From the NCBI GenBank assembly GCA_963771175.1, contig CAVYSY010000033.1, positions 352,001 through 416,000 on the forward strand: a stretch of 64,000 nucleotides of DNA, given 5' to 3'. The notes beneath the pieces were generated by a model that was given only the letters and a program-made list of their open reading frames with translations, was not told the DNA's origin and ran no database searches. A program made the position numbers and the translations under genes. Source of the stretch: an uncultured delta proteobacterium. GTDB lineage: Bacteria; Myxococcota; Myxococcia; Myxococcales; Myxococcaceae. Positions within the stretch are counted from its first letter, which is position 1, and each line of letters opens with the position of its first letter. Of the stretch, positions 59,901-64,000 are shown one piece after another.

Positions 59901-62265
59901 GTCCCAGCGCACGCATCAGCGCCTTGTCGTCGGAGAAGCGCTCCAGCACCTCGTCCACGGTGAGCTCCAGCACGTCCGCCACGGAGAGGCTCCGGTGCCG
60001 GACGGCCAGCACCTCCTCCTTGAAGCGGCGGCCCCGGCACACGGGGCACAGCAGGGAGACGTCCGCGAGGAACTGCATCTCCACCGTCTCGTAGCCCTCG
60101 CCCGAGCAGGCCTCGCAGCGGCCCTTGTCCACGTTGAAGGAGAAGTGCGCCGAGGTGAGGCCGCGCACCTCGGCCTCGGGCTCGGAGGCGAAGCGATCGC
60201 GAATCCGGTCCCACGCCTTGGTGTACGTGGCCGCGTTGCCTCGCGAGGTACGCCCCAGCGGCGACTGGTCCACGAAGGTGACGCGCTCCACGGCCTCCAG
60301 ACCGTCGACTCCGTCCGCCTCGCCAGGTGCCTCCGCGTCCTTCTCACCGAGGGCGCGCGCGAGGTGGCGGTACACCACCTCGTCCATCAGCGTGCTCTTG
60401 CCCGAGCCACTCGGCCCGGTGATGGCGCACAGCACGCCCAGCGGCACGCGCACGTTGACGCCCTGGAGGTTGTGGGCACGGGCGTTGTGCACCACCAGCT
60501 CGCCGGTGCGCGCGCGCGGCTCGCGCTTCACGTCCTCGGTGCCCGACAACAGCCGGCCGGTGGGCAGGTCCGCGCGCTTCGCCAGCGCCTCGGGCGTGCC
60601 ATCGAAGCACATCTTCCCACCGTGCTTGCCGGCCCCGGGACCCAGCTCCAGCACGCGGTGGGCGGAGCGGATGACGAGCGGATCATGCTCGATGACCAGG
60701 GCGATGTTGCCCCGGGTGGCCAGCTCGGCCATGGCGCCGGTGAGGGGTCCCACGTCGGACGGGTGCAGGCCCACGGTGGGCTCGTCCAGGACGAAGAGCG
60801 CGCCCGTCAGCGAGGTACCCAGCGCCGCGGTGAGGGACACGCGCTGCGCCTCGCCTCCGGAGAGCGTGCGCGCGGGCCGGTCCAGCGTGAGGTAGCCCAG
60901 GCCCACCCGCTCCAGGTAGCCCAGGCGGCTGGCCAGCTCGCGGCGCACCAGCTCACCCTGACCGGTGTGGGTGCGCAGGGCCTCCAGGCGCGCACGAGCA
61001 TCGGACAGCTCCAGCCCGTGCCAGCCGGCCAGATCCACCCCGCCCACGCGCCAGGCCCGAGCGGACTCGTTGAGGCGCGCACCCTGGCAGCTCTCGCACA
61101 GCGAATAGGCGCGATAGCGCGAGAGCAGCACGCGCACATGCATCTTGTACGTGCGGCTCTCCATCCAGCGGAACCACGCGCGCACACCCGGGTAGGCGCG
61201 GCCACCGTCGTAGTCCCCCTCTCCCTCCAGCACCCTCTCCCGCTGCGCCGGGGTGAGCTGCCCCCAGGGCTTGTCCAGGGGAATGCCGTGCTCGCGCGCG
61301 TAGCGGAAGAGCATCTTCCGCTCCCACTCGGACGTCTTGCCCGACCACGGGCGGATGGCGCCCTTCTCCAGGCTCAGCGTCGGGTTCGGCACCACCTTGC
61401 CCCAGTCGATGCCGATGGTGCGGCCGAAGCCCCGACACGTGGGGCAGGCCCCGGTGGGCGACTGGTAGCTGAAGAGGCCAGGCCGGGCCTGCTCGAACTC
61501 GCGCGCGCACTTGGGGCACACCAGTCCACGGCGGATGCGCCGGACGCCCGCGGGGGTGAAGGCCACCGCCTCGCCGTTGCCCATCGTCCACGCCGACTCC
61601 AGCGCCGCCGTCACCCGGCTGAGCTGCGCCTGGGCCAGCTTCAACCGATCCACCACCACGTGCGCTACGCCGGCCGAGTCGGTGGCCTCGCTCGGCCGCA
61701 GCGACTCCAGCTCCCGCACCTCGCCCTGCACCACCAGCCGGTGGAAGCCGTCCTTCAGCAAGCGGGCGCGCACGTCGAGGAACTCAGCGGTGTCCGCGAT
61801 GCGCAGGGGAAAGGCCAGCACGGCCAGGGCGTCGGGCTCGGCGGCGATCGTCGCCGAGGCCGCCACGCGCGCATCGGTGCGCACCGCCTCCACGCCACAG
61901 GAGGGGCACACCGGCATGGCCTCCCGGGTGAAGAGGGCGGACAGGTAGGCCTCCACGTCGGCCAGGGTGGCGACGGTGGAACGCGAGCTCTTCACCGGCG
62001 CGCGGCGATCCACGGCCACGCCCGCTGCCACGGGCTCCAGGGAATCCATCGGAGGCCGCTCCAGTCGCTCGAGGAACTGGCGGGCGTACGGGCTGAAGCT
62101 CTCGACGAAGCGGCGCTGGCCCTCGGCGTAGAGGGTATCCAGGGCGAGGCTGGACTTGCCGGAGCCAGACACCCCGGTGAGGCACACCATTTCACCTTCG
62201 GTGAGCTCCACCGACAGGGACTGGAGATTGTGGGTCCGAGCGCCAACGAGGTGCGTCTTATGCAT
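56962..62265 (-). CDS. uvrA: Excinuclease ABC subunit A, double-length form (about 1767 aa)
   Basis: Four Walker A motifs (GSGKS), four LSGGE signatures, two AEGQRRF motifs and Zn-finger CxxC pairs; likely start ATG 62265. Confidence 0.93.
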   Translation of the reverse strand: MHKTHLVGARTHNLQSLSVELTEGEMVCLTGVSGSGKSSLALDTLYAEGQRRFVESFSPYARQFLERLERPPMDSLEPVAAGVAVDRRAPVKSSRSTVATLADVEAYLSALFTREAMPVCPSCGVEAVRTDARVAASATIAAEPDALAVLAFPLRIADTAEFLDVRARLLKDGFHRLVVQGEVRELESLRPSEATDSAGVAHVVVDRLKLAQAQLSRVTAALESAWTMGNGEAVAFTPAGVRRIRRGLVCPKCAREFEQARPGLFSYQSPTGACPTCRGFGRTIGIDWGKVVPNPTLSLEKGAIRPWSGKTSEWERKMLFRYAREHGIPLDKPWGQLTPAQRERVLEGEGDYDGGRAYPGVRAWFRWMESRTYKMHVRVLLSRYRAYSLCESCQGARLNESARAWRVGGVDLAGWHGLELSDARARLEALRTHTGQGELVRRELASRLGYLERVGLGYLTLDRPARTLSGGEAQRVSLTAALGTSLTGALFVLDEPTVGLHPSDVGPLTGAMAELATRGNIALVIEHDPLVIRSAHRVLELGPGAGKHGGKMCFDGTPEALAKRADLPTGRLLSGTEDVKREPRARTGELVVHNARAHNLQGVNVRVPLGVLCAITGPSGSGKSTLMDEVVYRHLARALGEKDAEAPGEADGVDGLEAVERVTFVDQSPLGRTSRGNAATYTKAWDRIRDRFASEPEAEVRGLTSAHFSFNVDKGRCEACSGEGYETVEMQFLADVSLLCPVCRGRRFKEEVLAVRHRSLSVADVLELTVDEVLERFSDDKALMRALGPVARLGLGYLPLGQPLSTLSGGEAQRLKLARALASEAKGSLFLIDEPSAGLHDADVRQVLAALHELVDRGASIIVVDHDLVVMRGADWIIDLGPGGGRNGGRLVAEGTPEQLVARGEGLTAKALRGELGEVVVPGRRGKGAAQVSHSIEVEHAREHNLQEVSCQIPLGKMTVVTGPSGSGKSSLVFDVVFAEGQRRFLETLTPYARQFLPTMPRPDVERISSIPPSVALEQRTSRAGATSTVATVTEVSHYLRLLFAKLGQPHCPRDGEPIAATTAEALYAQLTGTKGEGTVLAPAVRARKGTYLDVFAAAARAGIEAAIVDGKPVSTDQPPQLVKSREHDIDLVMYEGKLAKLPREVFDKALTWGKGAVKVRTSGNKETLLSSERTCPVCGFSVPEMDPRWFSFNTKQGRCVDCEGTGVEGGAEALAEGRSEPCGTCEGSRLEPVPRAVKLEGSRYHEVVQQSVTAALEQVRGWKFRGDRALLGEPSRQELLRRMEFLDRVGLGYLSLDRNAATLSGGEMQRLRLSAQLGAGLTGAMYVLDEPTIGLHPRDTHRLLSNLRALVDTGSTVLVVEHDTDTIRAADHLIELGPTGGRGGGRILAEGPPEKVLQVEDAPTARALREPAVQAAVDRGVPEKWIELKGARANNLKGADLRIPVGRLTVVSGVSGSGKSTLVRQVLYPALREALGLVTTRPGPFKSLSGVEAIRRVLAVDQSPIGRTPRSVPATFLGLWDELRRAFAAMPEAKLRGFAPARFSFNTASGGRCTECEGQGAISHEMSFLPDVITPCEACGGARFDASTLEVRYHGLTIGDALRLSADEAKEVFHALPKVAAPLSCLSDLGVGYLQLGQGSNTLSGGEAQRLKLAAELTASSRHEPTLYVLDEPTTGLHLGDVSKLIAFLRRLVDRGDTLVVIEHHPSVIASADHVVELGPEGGEAGGLIVAEGTPREVSRLKTATGRVLKALFTAEEPARKVARGR

Positions 62266-62424
62266 GGGAGGTGGGTGTTTAACGGCGGAAGTCGGGCCCG
62301 CCAACGGAATCCGAGACGTTGGAGCGAGGCCCCCCACCCCGCCTGCGCCATCGGCATTCGCAGGAGCGCCTGACAGCGCTACCATGAAGCCCCCCCTGAT
62401 TTCCCCCCCGTCGAGGCCGTCCGA

Positions 62425-63609
62425 ATGAGCAGCCGCGTGAACCTGTTCGCACCCGAAGTGCGGGCCAACCCCTACGCCTTCTATGCCGAGCTGCGCCGCA
62501 ACAACCCGGTGTGTCAGGTGGATCCTGGCGGGATGTGGGCCGTCGCGCGCGCCGATGACGTGATGACCGCCTTCAAGAACCCGAAGATCTTCTCATCCGA
62601 GGGTCTCCGGCAGACCTACCGCCCGGAGTGGATTCCCAACTACCCGATCGCGGACTCGATGCTCGTCATGGATCCGCCGGACCACACCCGGCTGCGGGCA
62701 CTCATCTCCCGCGCCTTCGGGCCGAGCGTGCAGACCCGGCTGGAGCCTGACATCCGGGAGAACGTGAAGCGGGTCGTCGCCGCGCTGCCCGCGGGCCGCT
62801 CGGTGGACTTCGTCGAGCACTTCGCCTTCCGCGTCCCCATCGCCGTCGTCGGTGAGCTGGTGGGCATCACCAACCATCCGAAGATCAAGGACTGGATGGA
62901 GGTCATCACCCAGTTCACCAGCGTCGGCTCGGACCTGGATCGGCAGGCGCAGATGCGCGCCACGGTGAATGAGATCCGGCAGCACTTCGAGGAGGTGCTG
63001 GAGGCGCGCCGACGCGAGCCACGCGAGGACCTCGTGAGCGATCTGCTCCGGGCGCGAGTGGACGGCCAGGAGCTGACGCACACCGAGCTGATGGGCTTCC
63101 TCATGCTGCTGCTGCTCGGAGGACTGGAGACGACCGTCCACCTGCTGAGCTACTGCGCCATGCGGTTCCAGGAACAGCCGGAGCTGATGACCCGGCTGCA
63201 CGCGGATCCCACCCTCATTCCCCGGTTCATCGAGGAGGCCCTGCGCCACGGCTCGCCCATCCAGGGGCTGGTGCGGCTGGTCATGGAGGACACGGAGCTC
63301 AGCGGCGTGCGCATTCCCAAGGGAGGGAAGGTGCTGCTGCTGCTGGCCTCGGCCAACCGTGACGAGGCCTGGTTCCCCGACCCCGAGCGCTTCGACATGG
63401 AGCGCCCCGGGCCGCAGAACCTGCCATTCGGTCATGGCATCCACTTCTGCCTGGGCGCGCAGCTCGCGCGCCTGGAGGCTCGGTTGGCCCTGGAAGCGCT
63501 GCTCGCCCGGTTCTCGCGACTGACGCCCGGCGACGGACCGGTGCGCTTCAATGTCTCGGTCATCATGAGAGGCGCGCTGGCCCTGCCCCTCGTGCCCCAC
63601 GAGGTCTGA
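62425..63609 (+). CDS. Cytochrome P450
   Basis: DPPDHTRLR, GGLETT, EEALR, FGHGIHFCLG. Confidence 0.95.
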   Translation: MSSRVNLFAPEVRANPYAFYAELRRNNPVCQVDPGGMWAVARADDVMTAFKNPKIFSSEGLRQTYRPEWIPNYPIADSMLVMDPPDHTRLRALISRAFGPSVQTRLEPDIRENVKRVVAALPAGRSVDFVEHFAFRVPIAVVGELVGITNHPKIKDWMEVITQFTSVGSDLDRQAQMRATVNEIRQHFEEVLEARRREPREDLVSDLLRARVDGQELTHTELMGFLMLLLLGGLETTVHLLSYCAMRFQEQPELMTRLHADPTLIPRFIEEALRHGSPIQGLVRLVMEDTELSGVRIPKGGKVLLLLASANRDEAWFPDPERFDMERPGPQNLPFGHGIHFCLGAQLARLEARLALEALLARFSRLTPGDGPVRFNVSVIMRGALALPLVPHEV

Positions 63610-63717
63610 GGCCCCTCAGATTGGCCGGTCGCCCTGCCTTCATCGGGCCGCGCTGGCGACGCCGCCTGCCCGGCCCTCTTGGCGTGTCCATGCTCTAAGG
63701 AAGCGCAGGAGGCTCCC

Positions 63718-64000
63718 ATGATGACCGCCGACACCGAACTCTCCACCGCTGAACTCTCCACCGCTCGAGCGGTCGCCGCCCGAGCAGCTCCCTCTCTTGC
63801 CATCCTGGAATTACCGGGCCGCCAGGGCGTCGGCTTCGTGGTCTCCCCGCAGGGCTACCTCGTCACCAACCTGCACGTGGTGGCCGGCGCCGAGGAGGTC
63901 CACGTCCAGCTTGCCGACGAGCAGCTCCTACAGGTGGATGAGGTCGTCGCCCTGGACGAGAAGCGGGACCTGGCCGTGCTGCGGCTGCCCGCGTACGACC
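63718..64000 (+). CDS. Trypsin-like (S1C) serine protease, N-terminal part (runs off the window edge)
   Basis: Not in the ORF track. Manual translation gives GVGFVVSPQGYLVTNLHVV...RDLAVL. Confidence 0.8.
   Translation, partial: MMTADTELSTAELSTARAVAARAAPSLAILELPGRQGVGFVVSPQGYLVTNLHVVAGAEEVHVQLADEQLLQVDEVVALDEKRDLAVLRLPAYD

Noticed and set aside
63736..63765. 15-bp duplication GAACTCTCCACCGCT, two copies
   Set aside because: A small in-frame duplication (ELSTA twice) at the protease N-terminus with no evident significance.

Overview
High-GC, myxobacterial-looking window; the evidence is Ser/Thr kinases, FHA proteins, an EGF-repeat lipoprotein, an ECF/ZAS module and a P450. The main candidate system is a minus-strand membrane-associated locus in two tightly coupled blocks. 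Block A (43585-35403) encodes a Zn-ribbon/FHA protein, a vWA-TM-FHA protein, a PP2C phosphatase, a secreted Cys-rich membrane protein and a vWA membrane protein. Block B (22893-8626) encodes a degenerate trypsin-like multi-TM protein, a 1074-aa tubulin/FtsZ-like GTPase, a degenerate membrane tubulin-like protein, a membrane-anchored degenerate helicase with a DUF1998-type Cys cluster, two Ser/Thr kinases and a small unknown protein. A mosaic of about 12.5 kb separates the blocks. It is bounded by IS91-like remnants and carries an IS3 remnant, gene fragments, a Shedu/DUF4263-like nuclease and other cargo. The window also holds a truncated YcaO-like gene, bcp, a KASIII homologue lacking the catalytic Cys, nrfHA (CXXCH-type NrfA), an ldh-pyk-adh-glk-pfk cluster, an outer-membrane factor/yhiI-rbbA-yhhJ-like exporter and a double-length uvrA. 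Frameshifts cluster in nrfHA and 44.2-56.9 kb and look like sequencing errors. All calls come from reading motifs by eye; no searches were run.
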